Assembly: GCA_950097015.1 (NCBI GenBank) | Contig: CATNEN010000009.1 | Location: 1,364,001 to 1,428,000, forward strand | Direction: 5' to 3' | DNA: 64,000 bases | Origin: Macrostomum hystrix | Taxonomy: Eukaryota; Animalia; Platyhelminthes | In this document: in pieces, positions 31,993-42,873 of the stretch | How positions within the stretch are numbered: position 1 is the stretch's first letter | Layout of the letters: each line of letters opens with the position of its first letter | The notes under the pieces: generated by a model | Seen by the model: only the letters and a program-made list of their open reading frames with translations | Told to the model about the DNA's origin: nothing | Database searches by the model: none | Made by a program: the position numbers and the translations under genes

Positions 31993-33471
31993 TCAATTGC
32001 CGCACAGACATTGTCGCGTCTTGATCAATCGGCCGTGTCTTGACACTGTCGTAGTCAATATATTGTGTGTGCATATACAATACGAGCGTCTAGATGCATG
32101 CAAAGCATCAGTCGCAGGTATAGTCGATTGCGATGACTGCACATCACTTATTGACATTGCGACATCGTCGTCAAGGTCGGCGGTCAGAACCAATTCTGCT
32201 GCGGCATCGGCATCTCCTTGCGGCACTGTCACATCAGATAACTGTTCATCCGAATCGTTGTTGACATCAGCAATGATGATCTCCATTGCGACATCAAACA
32301 TGTCATCGATGTGACTTGCTTCGGAATGGGCAGCGAAATCCGATCCAGCAGCAGCAGCAACACAATCCGTATTGGTAGACAGAAATTGCATAGCGGCAGG
32401 TTGCATCAAGTCGAGCAGAATCTGCGCCATTTCAATGTCATCACCGTGACCGGATGATGTACCAATACACACTGACTGCGTGCTGACATTGGCTTCGATT
32501 GAAACATCGGTCACACCGTTTTGTGCACTGACACCAACTGTCGCTGTTGTTACTCTTGGCGCACAGACAGGAATAAAAACAGGTAGCGGCACCGGAACGA
32601 AATACGGCACCTCGACAGTTGGAATCGGCAACATAGGCATCGCTGGTGATCCGATTGGCTCAATTTGCAACATTGGCATTGATGGCGATGGTACTGGCGA
32701 GTGATCCGATTGGATTGTTTCTGCTGCTGCTTCAATCGCATTGTGATTAAGCGGAGTAGATGTACAAATTGGATGCCGTACTGATCCAATTGACACGCTG
32801 TCCGCTTGGCTCACATGTTCAGCAGGCTCGTCAGTACTTGTTGCATAGATGATGCCTGATTCAGCTGCGCTATCTTCTATGATGATAGTTTCTGCTGGCT
32901 GCTCTGCTGCTGACTGCTCTGCTGATGGCTGCTCTGCTGCTGGCTGCTCTGCTACGGGCTGCTCTGCTACTGGCTGCTCTGCTGCTGGCTGCTCTGCTGC
33001 TGGCAGTCGACGGGCAATGTAGCGCTCGTGCATATAGTCGACAATCTCGCCGACCACAGCTGGTAGTGGATCCAGTTGTTCAAGCTGGACCACTTCGCCC
33101 ATTGCCGCTGCTCCCGCCACTGCCACTGGCTGAGCTGGTTGGCCACCGACGCGACGCTGCGGATTCCGCTTACATCTATATAGATGATGCAACATGTTGG
33201 ACGTTATTTTGTTGCAATGCGGACACGCTAGCACACGTCCACCGGCAGCGACATCCACACCAGCCCGCTGTAGTTGCAGCATCTTCCAGACGGCACTTCC
33301 ACGCTCCTTAACCGACGCGAATAGCGATGGCCTTTGACCAACAGGTAGGACTGTCCAGTCAAATTCGGCATGGACAGCTTTATGCGCCTCTATAAAATGT
33401 CTTCGCATCATATTGGCGCGGATTTGCTGGCCGCAGAAATGGCAGAAGCGGAGTCCGTTGTTGTCTTCCAT
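31993..33471 (-). CDS. Zinc-finger protein, 492 aa (C2H2 + C2HC), recombinase-less paralogue of the YR gene N-terminus
   Basis: CHFC-x11-H-x4-H and CPHC-x9-H-x3-C; aligns with exon 1 of the YR gene (NMMRRHFIEAHK/NMRRHFIRNHK, WKMLQLQRAGVD/WKIVRLQRAGVD); AAEQP repeats; ends SRHGRLIKTR. Confidence 0.75.
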   Translation of the reverse strand: MEDNNGLRFCHFCGQQIRANMMRRHFIEAHKAVHAEFDWTVLPVGQRPSLFASVKERGSAVWKMLQLQRAGVDVAAGGRVLACPHCNKITSNMLHHLYRCKRNPQRRVGGQPAQPVAVAGAAAMGEVVQLEQLDPLPAVVGEIVDYMHERYIARRLPAAEQPAAEQPVAEQPVAEQPAAEQPSAEQSAAEQPAETIIIEDSAAESGIIYATSTDEPAEHVSQADSVSIGSVRHPICTSTPLNHNAIEAAAETIQSDHSPVPSPSMPMLQIEPIGSPAMPMLPIPTVEVPYFVPVPLPVFIPVCAPRVTTATVGVSAQNGVTDVSIEANVSTQSVCIGTSSGHGDDIEMAQILLDLMQPAAMQFLSTNTDCVAAAAGSDFAAHSEASHIDDMFDVAMEIIIADVNNDSDEQLSDVTVPQGDADAAAELVLTADLDDDVAMSISDVQSSQSTIPATDALHASRRSYCICTHNILTTTVSRHGRLIKTRQCLCGN

Positions 33472-33670
33472 TGCAGCTTAAATATAGTCGTTCGCTGGCT
33501 AGCCTGCTGAATAATCGACAGAGTGGTCGTTGTGGCTGAATTTTAATTATCGATTTGCGTGCGCGCGCGCATATATTTACCTAGCACTGCTCATATCCTG
33601 TACAGAGCAGCAGTCAGACACATAGACATAGACAGGCATCGTCAACTGGGTCTAAGCTATTTCCATATAT

Positions 33671-33970
33671 AGTATTTTCGCGAAAATACTGATATGCTCT
33701 ATAAACAAAGGTAAGGGCAGTATTTTTGCAAAAGTTCTTAAAGTAGTGTGCATGGCTACATCTTATGGTATTTTCGCGAAAATACTGCTATGCTATTAAA
33801 CAAAGGTAGTTGGCGGTATTTTTGCAAAAGTTCTTAAAGTAGTGTGCATGATTACATCTTTGGTATTTTCGCGAAAAGACTGCTATGCTATTAAACAAAG
33901 GTAGTTGGCGGTATTTTTGCGAAAATTCTTAATGTAGTGTGCATGGCTACATCTTATGGTATTATCGCGA
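33671..33970 (+). repeat. Array of 4 palindrome-centred units (~96 bp)
   Basis: Perfect 20-bp palindrome AGTATTTTCGCGAAAATACT at 33671-33690; cores at 33679, 33775, 33870, 33966. Confidence 0.9.
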
Positions 33971-34273
33971 ATGTAGATACGCGGCGGTTGAAGACAATAA
34001 GAAGACAATATTTTTGCGAAAGTACTTTAAGTATTCATGATGACTATATCTAATGGTAATCAATAACCAAATATGACTTGACTTCATTATATTTTATTAT
34101 TATTCATGCCGCGAATACAACTTGCAACAGGTTCACTCATGTATTTTTGCTTGAGCGAATTAATTGGGTTAAATAAATAGCTGGCATTAATTAAACGGCG
34201 AACAGGAAACTACAATTAGCTGTATTAAGTCTACCTAAAACTAGTGCTGCTACTGCTGCTGCTGCTGCTGCTG

Positions 34274-34693
34274 TTACTGCTCAATTCGATATCGGCGGCT
34301 CCGGAGCAACTCTCGCAGTCTAGCCCTTTGCTGTACGCCGCGCCAGTAGTCCAGGCCGTGTAGAATGTGCTGCAGCTCCAAACATGTGTCCTCCAGCAGG
34401 CCTAGCAGCTCGGCCAAGTCGAAGGCCTCGTTCTCTGTTAGGCAGGTCACCTCCAGGATGGTCTCGTAGCCCGCAGCTGTCTTGTGTTGTAGCAGCCAGT
34501 CCAGGAGGCTCTTCATCAGGGTGTGCAGCTGGGTGACGTTCAGCTCAGCAGTCGGGCAGTGGCGCTGCAGGCAGGTTAGCTGCTCCAATCGTCCTCGGTA
34601 AGTCAGGAACGGGGCCAGACAGGCGATGTCGCATCTGGCCAGGAGTGCCACAGTGGCCGGCGAGCCGAACAGCGCCACAGGATGCGCATTCAT
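34274..34693 (-). CDS. Small helical hypothetical protein, 139 aa (paralogue of 16866-17246)
   Basis: ATG start, GC-rich coding island, clear protein similarity to 16866..17246 despite DNA divergence. Confidence 0.7.
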   Translation of the reverse strand: MNAHPVALFGSPATVALLARCDIACLAPFLTYRGRLEQLTCLQRHCPTAELNVTQLHTLMKSLLDWLLQHKTAAGYETILEVTCLTENEAFDLAELLGLLEDTCLELQHILHGLDYWRGVQQRARLRELLRSRRYRIEQ

Positions 34694-35029
34694 CGTGAGT
34701 TCTACACAACCAACAATGTCGTGAGTGCAACAGCAGCGCGTCTAACACTAGCAGAAGTAGAATTAGAATAGGAAGCAGAGTTCTAAATGGAAAGTAAATA
34801 CAGTATTTTCGCGAAGGTAAGGGCAGTATTTTTGCAAAAGTAGCGTGACTACATCTTATGGTATTTTCGCAAATGCAGATACGTATTCTCAGACAAAGTG
34901 ACTTTTTACCATAGACAAATTTAGTGTATTTCTGTAAATTGCCAAAACTCACGAATGAGTTTTTTCGCGAAAAGACAATATGTACTATATTGAATACTTG
35001 TAAATGAAAAATAGTGTCTGTTTTTGCAA

Positions 35030-36020
35030 AAATACTGCTATGCTATTAAACAAAGGTAGTTGGCGGTATTTTTGCAAAAGTTCTTAAAGTAGTGTGCATG
35101 GCTACATCTTAAGGTATTTTCGCGAAAAGACTGCTATCCTATTAAACGCAGGTAGTAAAGGTAGTTTGCGGTATTTTTGCAAAAGTTATTAAAGTAGTGT
35201 GCATGGCTACATCTTAAGGTATTTTCGCGAAAAGACTGCTATGCTATTAAACAAAGGTAGTTGGCGGTATTTTTGCAAAAGTTCTTAAAGTAGTGTGCAT
35301 GATTACATCTTTGGTATTTTCGCGAAAATACTGCTATGCTATTAAACAAAGGTAGTTGGCGGTATTTTTGCTAAAGTTATTTAAGTAGTGTGCATGGCTA
35401 CATCCTAAGGTATTTTCGCGAAAAGACTGCTATGCTATTAAACAAAGGTAGTTGGCGGTATTTTTGCAAAAGTTCTTAAAGTAGTGTGCATGGCTACATC
35501 TTAAGGTATTTTCGCGAAAAGACTGCTATCCTATTAAACGCAGGTAGTAAAGGTAGTTTGCGGTATTTTTGCAAAAGTTATTAAAGTAGTGTGCATGGCT
35601 ACATCTTAAGGTATTTTCGCGAAAAGACTGCTATGCTATTAAACAAAGGTAGTTGGCGGTATTTTTGCAAAAGTTCTTAAAGTAGTGTGCATGGCTACAT
35701 CTTAAGGTATTTTCGCGAAAAGACTGCTATCCTATTAAACGCAGGTAGTAAAGGTAGTTTGCGGTATTTTTGCAAAAGTTATTAAAGTAGTGTGCATGGC
35801 TACATCTTAAGGTATTTTCGCGAAAAGACTGCTATGCTATTAAACAAAGGTAGTTGGCGGTATTTTTGCAAAAGTTCTTAAAGTAGTGTGCATGATTACA
35901 TCTTTGGTATTTTCGCGAAAATACTGCTATGCTATTAAACAAAGGTAGTTGGCGGTATTTTTGCAAAAGTTATTAAAGTAAGTAGTGTGCATGGCTGCAT
36001 ATTATGGTATTTTCGCGAAT
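35030..36020 (+). repeat. Array of 10 palindrome-centred units (95-105 bp, two alternating variants)
   Basis: Cores at 35121, 35226, 35321, 35417, 35513, 35618, 35714, 35819, 35914, 36014. Confidence 0.92.
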
Positions 36021-36420
36021 GTAGATACGTATTCTCAGACAAAGTGACTTGTACTTTTTTACCATCGACAAATTTAGTATATTTCTGCTAATTGTCAATA
36101 ATCACGAATGATTTTTTCGTGTATCTTCGGCTTTTAAGAAAACGAGAATAGTTTAATCTTAGTTTAATCAGATGATAATCAAATGATTTCATTTGATAAT
36201 TTATTTAATTACTAACGAAATAATCACAGTGTTGACAATCATTAGCATCTTAACAATATATAAGAGAGCAACAAACAGAACATATGAGATTCTCGGTTGT
36301 AAAGGGACGGGTATTAGTGGGGGTATCACAATTGACACAATTGATAATTGATAATAGTTTGGCAAATCAGACAATCAGCACATATAAAGTCAGGTGACAC
36401 GACTGGGACAATATGAGCAT

Positions 36421-39400
36421 TCAGATGTCCAGTCTAGTTCTCGAACTGATCAGGCGCCCAGATCGCGTCCTGTATTCCGTTCGACGAACCATGAGTAGCT
36501 CAGAATCCGAGCTGGTCTCATTGTCATTGCTGACGTGCTGTTGTTCACCATCATCACCTTCTTCGTCGATATCGTCGTGAACGTTGCCTTGTCCAGCCGA
36601 TGCTCCAAACATCGGCGGTTGACTAAGACTGCGTCGTCTAGACGATGTAGACGAAATAGGCGATGGTGTTGCTGAATCGATGGCCGGCTTTGTCGACTCG
36701 GTGTTGTCCGTTGTTGAACATCTAGGACTAACCGTAGCGGGTCGCATTGTCGACATTCGAGGTCGCTTCTTGTCAGTGGCCTTGCAAATGGACGATCGTC
36801 GAGTGCGTCGCTTGCGTGTGCGTTGACTATGTGGCATCACAATGTCATCAGCAGGTAGAGGAGATGCAGCCGATGAATTGGTTGCGTCCAGATCAACGCT
36901 ACAGGCGGCAGAGCGACGACGCTTCGTGTCGTTTTCGGCTATTGGATGTCGCTGATGTCGACGATCAAGTGGCCGATTGTGACAGAATGTCTCGAAGCAT
37001 CCTCTGACGTCGTCGGCGACCATCAGATTGGCCTGCTGTTTGGCCAGGCGTCCATACGCATTCACGACACAGTTGCGCGATGTGTCGTACAGAGGCACCA
37101 GCTGGTCTAGCTTGTCGGGATGCGCGTGCACATAGGCCGACAGTACATTTCGACGACCATCGCCCATGCGATAGGGCCGATCGATGACCAACTCGGCGCC
37201 CTGCTTGACAAGCGTGCTGAAACTTGTCGAGTCACGCTGCTTGCCACGATGCGTAGGAAACAGCAGACATTTGCCTGGCCTGACATGGATGTTGCACTCG
37301 GCGAAGTATGGCAATAGAAAGTTGTCTATCCATTGCAGTAGACATTCGCCGACTTTGCGTGGCGCAGTCCAGCTTGCACCTTTACCACGACCGCCCTTTT
37401 TGTGTGCCACTTCGGTAGGCGGCAGGACTGTGACAATGGTGGAGGACGTTGATACGCCGCTATTGAGTGCAGCATCCAAATAGCAACGCCGAATCGCGAC
37501 CCATGGACGTAGTCGATTGGCATGGACAATTGCTGCACAGAAGAAGGCCAGTTCACGCGTGATCGGCATAATAAATGTATTCCATTTGCCGACGACGTTG
37601 GCCATTCGACGTGCACATTGTCCAATGCGACCCCAGTAGCCCTTCACGGGTAGATGAGACCACGAATGTTTGGCGACCATATCAATCAGGCAGTCTAGCC
37701 GGTTGTGAATGATGCGCCATTCGTCAGCGGTCAGGAACTTATCCGTGTAGGACAGCTGGCGTTCGTCATCGCGCAGGTGATAGATATTCTCTTGCCGCTG
37801 ACGAATCAATCCAATGCAAGCCTGTACATGTTAAAGGGTTATGAAAGAGAAAGTACATGCAGTAGCTTCTACAATTGTTCGTGATATATCAACTAACATA
37901 GTATACAATATGCGACACAACAACACTGCTCACCATGATTGATTCGATGCGGCTAGTCAACAGACCAGATACTGCAGTCTGATGATAGAGAATACCATCT
38001 TTGCGCGGGTCAGGACAGGCAGGCAATTCTGACGCGGCCTTGACAATGTCGGCATGCACGTTGGCAAACAATCCATCTGGTGGCGAGGTCAATTGGAACG
38101 CGTTCATAACACTAGGAGCACCGAAGTCGTTGTTGGCTGCTAGAAACTTCTTCGCGCCGCTCAATATGTTATGAAGCTCGTTCATTCGCTGTCCAACAGT
38201 CGATGGTTTCCAGATATGGCGCTTCACCATCTCGTCCAAATCGAATTGGATGCGCGCTGGATTGATGAACCACATCTCGACTGTGACATTGATTGCGTGT
38301 AGGAGACGACTAGTTGTAGCATGATAGTTCCGCTGGATTGCTTTCCTACGGCTAACATGCGATGCGTTCTCTTCTACACAGCAATGACCCTTGAACCAGA
38401 TGTCGCCGACATTGTCTAGTTGCTTGTACATGTGTTCAGATGCAACGTGGTAGTCTGGGCCGTCGAAAACAACAAGCCGAGACTTCTTGTGCCTCCGTTG
38501 CAATACAAGCTGCTCTTTGGCCGATCGCTCGTCGTCACTGACAGAAGCATCAGTATTTTCCACGTCAGATTTAGAGGTCTGAGTCTCTGCTTGTCGCTGA
38601 CTGACAGCATTGGTGACTCCGACCGGAACATAGTCTGACGTATACTGGAGGATTGCTTCTGTCAGATTGACCAGATTCTGCAAGCCAGTACACATGCTAT
38701 TAACGCGAGGATGCTCAGCGTTGTGGGCTTTCTGCAGAATCTCGTTTAGGCCGGCCGCATTCAGACGCAGTCCATTGATATATTCTGTTCGGACGAAAAT
38801 GGGGTGAAAATAAAATTATGAATACTCAGTAACTCAGTTTCCTCGAAATAATAAGTAATAGTTTATAGCACTTACCGATCATTGCCATTTCATGTTTGGC
38901 TTGGATTAAGACAGGTACGTCGCTATAATTGCTTTGCAGTCGATCCAAGTCATTGCTGACAATCTCGGCCATGTATGAAGATTGTACTTTGGATGGACCC
39001 GGTTGCGCATGCGGGGACGTAGTTTGACGAACACCAGATGTCAAGTCACATAAACGTTTAGTTGACTGTTGCGTGATCGTCTGTTTGTTTGCAGAAGTAC
39101 TCGCATACAGCTCACCTACGTCTACTACGGCATACTGTTCGTTGTCATCCGATGAAACACTGCCGTTATCGGATACCACCGCTATGTCTTGAGCAGCCGG
39201 TAGACCCTTACACGGGCGTGCAATGTGCCTTTTCAGATGACGCACATATTTGCCACAGTGCGGACATGGCGAAAGGACATTATCGACTCCCGCTCTTTGC
39301 AACCGGACAATCTTCCATATATTCATGGCCTTGACTTCATAGGACGCAGATTCAGCTGGTCGCTTGCTTAATGGTACGCAATCCCAATCAAAAGACTCGA

Positions 39401-39491
39401 CAAAGTCCTTGTGGTTCCGGATGAAATGCCGTCGCATATTAGAACGTAGAATCGTCATTTGACATAGGAAACAATTAGTTTGTGCGTCCAT
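36421..39491 (-). CDS. Three-exon 955-aa zinc-finger / tyrosine recombinase (Crypton-like)
   Basis: Exons 39491-38876, 38784-37934, 37821-36421 join in frame (GTAAGT..ACAG, 91 nt; GTGAGC..ACAG, 112 nt). YR-like signature ANRLRP (R), HKK (K), LLFPTHRGK, MGDGRR (xxxR), LYDTSRNCVVNAY (Tyr 33 aa after the Arg). Two N-terminal zinc fingers; C-terminal TRSGRLI. Confidence 0.72.
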
Positions 39492-40094
39492 TTTACCTGC
39501 TGAATTATTATTATCTCCTGAATTGCTTATATACTGCTTATAACAGAAGAAATTTTGCAAAGATTTGCAAGCGAGCGCGCTCGGCTTCTGACTTAAGCTG
39601 CTATCGTGACCCGTACGACAGTTTAATCACATAAACTATCAATCAAGGTTTGTCTATGGCGAAATAGCATAATATTGAACTCATAATATATTTAACGTTG
39701 CTATATTGTCTACTCATAGTAGAGTAGGTAGTTTCGAACAGCATATGAACATAAACACGAATAATTAATTGATTTCTGAGTTATGTCAACAATTTTAATC
39801 TATATGTTGAGAAAGCCTTTAAATTATTGTTGATTATTCGAGACCTATTTTCGCGAAAGTACATATGTATTCTCAAGCGAAGGTCAATGTAGTCTTTTTG
39901 CGAAAATACTTTTGTGTCAATATGATTACTGTTTCTGATGGTATTTTCGCGAAAAAACATGTTTCCTAAACGAAAGTAAAGGCATTATCAAAAGAAGGTA
40001 ACAGCCGTATTTGAGCAAAAGTACGTTAATAATAATAAATATTTTTCATTAGTAGTAAATTATTAGCAGATTTTTTTAATTAGAAAAATATTTG

Positions 40095-40175
40095 GTAATG
40101 ACTGGGATTCGAACCCGAGCCACCGGTAACTATAAAAGAATGCTATTGACCTGCACGCCAGATCACTTGTAACTG
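40095..40175 (-). ncRNA. tRNA-derived Pol III-type unit, copy 3 (inverted module)
   Basis: Minus strand reads GTGATCTGGCGTGCAGGTCAATAGC...GGCTCGGGTTCGAATCCCAGTC followed by TTTTT. Confidence 0.4.
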
Positions 40176-40683
40176 GATGGTGTGTTATCTGGCTATTTAT
40201 ATTGATTTTCTTTCGGATGTTGGATTTTTAATGATTTTCGTCTGCTAATGGTAAAATCTTGAGAACTTTTCCATTTTTTCTTACAGAATGACAAGATATA
40301 TTGAGAGAGTATGGAAAGTACTGCTGATAATGCGGATATATATTCAAACGAAGGTAGAACAGTATTTTAGCAAATGTACTTTAAGTGTATTACCATTGAT
40401 TATACAGGGCTAGGTATTTTCGCGAAAGTACATTTTCGCGTTATACTTTTGCGAAAGAACGAAGGTAAATATGTTCTTGCGTCTATGTAAACTCGGTGCA
40501 TTCGGGAAAGCACAATAAAATAGTTCAGGACAAAGAGACAAAGAGATTTTTCGTGAAATGACCACATGATCTGTTCTATTTTTAGAAATACACTACGGAG
40601 ATCAAAAAAAAGGTCTTTTAGTCTTTTTGTGCGCAAGCCTACTGTTAGTAGTAGGTATAGCAATAGAGCTATATCGAAAATTT

Positions 40684-41005
40684 GGCCCGGACTTTTTTGC
40701 TCGGGTATTTTGGGTATTTTTAGCCGGACTTTTTTTCAACCAGGAACCCGGACTTTTTTTTCACATGCCCGGACTTTTTTGCTCTTTTATTTTTAGCCGG
40801 ACTTTGTTGCAGCAGGACCCCGGACTTTTTTTGCTCGGTTATTTTTAGCCGGACTTTTTTGCACCAGGAACTCGGACTTTTTTACCACTTTTCTGGGTGT
40901 CTCGTACTGACCTTGAGCATGGATTTCCCTTTGTACTCGAAAGTTGAGGGGTATTCCACGAGACCCCTGTAAAAAAAGTCCGGGCTTTGGAAAAAAAAGT
41001 CCGAT
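40684..41005. repeat. CCGGACTTTTTT multi-copy segment with inverted copies at the right end
   Basis: About 8 forward CCGGACTTT(T)n motifs at 40688-40885; reverse AAAAAAGTCC(G) at ~40972 and ~40992. Confidence 0.6.
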
Positions 41006-41524
41006 GCAAATTTTGTGCACTTTTAACTAGCACCCAGCCGCGAATTTACATACATACATGAGCTACCTAGTCTGACCGGTCACATTTCAGTTTTTACTGT
41101 CACTATTGAACGAAATAAACGTGAATTAGCCTAACATATAAACAACTCTAATACAGGCTGTAATTAACAGATGTACAATTCTTAATCATACAATTAATTG
41201 TTATTGTAATTGACAGATTCGCACCTACTATCGTTTGTTTTTTGTGATTTAGCAATAGTTCTTGTCTGTATTAAAATTAGAAACCCAACAAGAAGCCAAT
41301 TCTAACACTTGTAGCATAAAGCTAATATAAAAGTGCAAGCAAAGCGCAGTTATAAAGCATACTTTTGTGTGTGCTTTGCCTTTTTAACTAAAACTAACAG
41401 TTTTAGTTTAATTTATATTTAACATAAACTTCTCTCGCGCTGCACATTAACAATGTTTAGTAGCTTGGTCAGCAAATAAAGGAAGACAAAAAAGACCCGG
41501 GATTACCCATCACTTAAAAATACA

Positions 41525-42392
41525 CACATGAGATGCATATGCCAAACAGATGCCAGACATGCCAATGCCAGACACAATGCCAAACAGATGCCTGACATAT
41601 GCCAATGCCAGACACCATGCCAAGCAGATGCCTGACATATGCCAATGCCAGACACAATGCCAAGCAGATGCCTGACATATGCCAATGCCAGACACCATGC
41701 CAAACAGATGCAAGACAGACGCCAGACAGATGCCGATGCCAGACACAATGCCAAACTGATGCCAGACAGATGCCAGACACTATGCCAATGCCAAACAGAT
41801 GCCAGACAGACGCCAGACAGTAGCTAATGCCAGACACCATGCCAGACACTATGCCAATGCCAAACAGATGCCAGACAGACGCTAGACAGATGCCAATGCC
41901 AGACACCATGCCAGACAGACGCCAGACAGATGCCAATGCCAGACACTATGCCAAAAAGATGCCAGACAGACGCCAGACAGATGCTAATGCCAGACACAAT
42001 GCCAGACACCATGCTAAACAGATGCCAGACAGACGCCAGACAGATGCCGATACCAGACACAATGCCAAACTGATGCCAGACAGATGCCAGACACTATGTC
42101 AATGCCAAACTGATGCCAGACACATGCCAGACACCATGCCAATGCCGAACAGACGCCAGACAGATGCCAATGCCAGACACAATGCCAAACTGATGCCAGA
42201 CATGCCAATGCCAGACACAATGCCAGACAGACGCCAGACAGATGCCAATGCCAGACACAATGCCAAACTGATGCCAGACACATGCCAGACAGATGCCAAT
42301 GCCAGACACAATGCCAAACTGTTGCCAGACACATGCCAGACAGATGCCAATGCCAGACACAATGCCAAACAGATGCCTGACATATGCCAATG
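41525..42392 (+). repeat. Degenerate ATGCCA/GACAG satellite
   Basis: Continuous mosaic of ATGCCAGAC, ATGCCAA, ACAG; explains the many MPD/WH pseudo-ORFs. Confidence 0.9.
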
Positions 42393-42559
42393 CGAAGTGA
42401 GTTTGATTTAGTCGCTTCAATTAGCTTGCAGCCATAGACGGTGAATTCAATATAGTCGTTTTTAGCGCGCGCAACGAGATCGTGATTTTTATTTAGTCAA
42501 AGTGAAATGAATACGGTCAACGAGATCGTAAACTTTCATAAAAGGCGCAAAAACACATA

Positions 42560-42650
42560 AGATGTGTAAGATGTAAGATGTAAGATGTAAGGTGTAAGAT
42601 GTAAGATGTAAGGTGTAAGGTGTAAGATGTAAGATGTAAGGTGTAAGATG
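42560..42650 (+). repeat. (GATGTAA)n heptamer repeat
   Basis: Read directly. Confidence 0.9.
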
Positions 42651-42873
42651 CAATGGCAGCACACAACTAGTGACCTAGCCGGTTCGTCGGCTAGTACCCA
42701 GTTGTCAAAATAGTTATTGTCTATGGGGCCAATTGTCTAAATTGTCTAAATTCGCAACTGCAAACTTGAGTTTAAATTCGACTGCAAACTGCAAACAGCA
42801 GCAGCCACTTCATCGTCCAGCCAAGCATCAGCCAAGAGCATCATCAAGAACTGCGGCAGCAACACCACCAACA

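Noticed and set aside
35030-36020. CRISPR-like appearance of regularly spaced palindromes (also 13895-14520 and 33671-33970)
   Set aside because: The sequence between palindromes is itself repeated rather than unique spacers, the context is eukaryotic and no cas genes are present.
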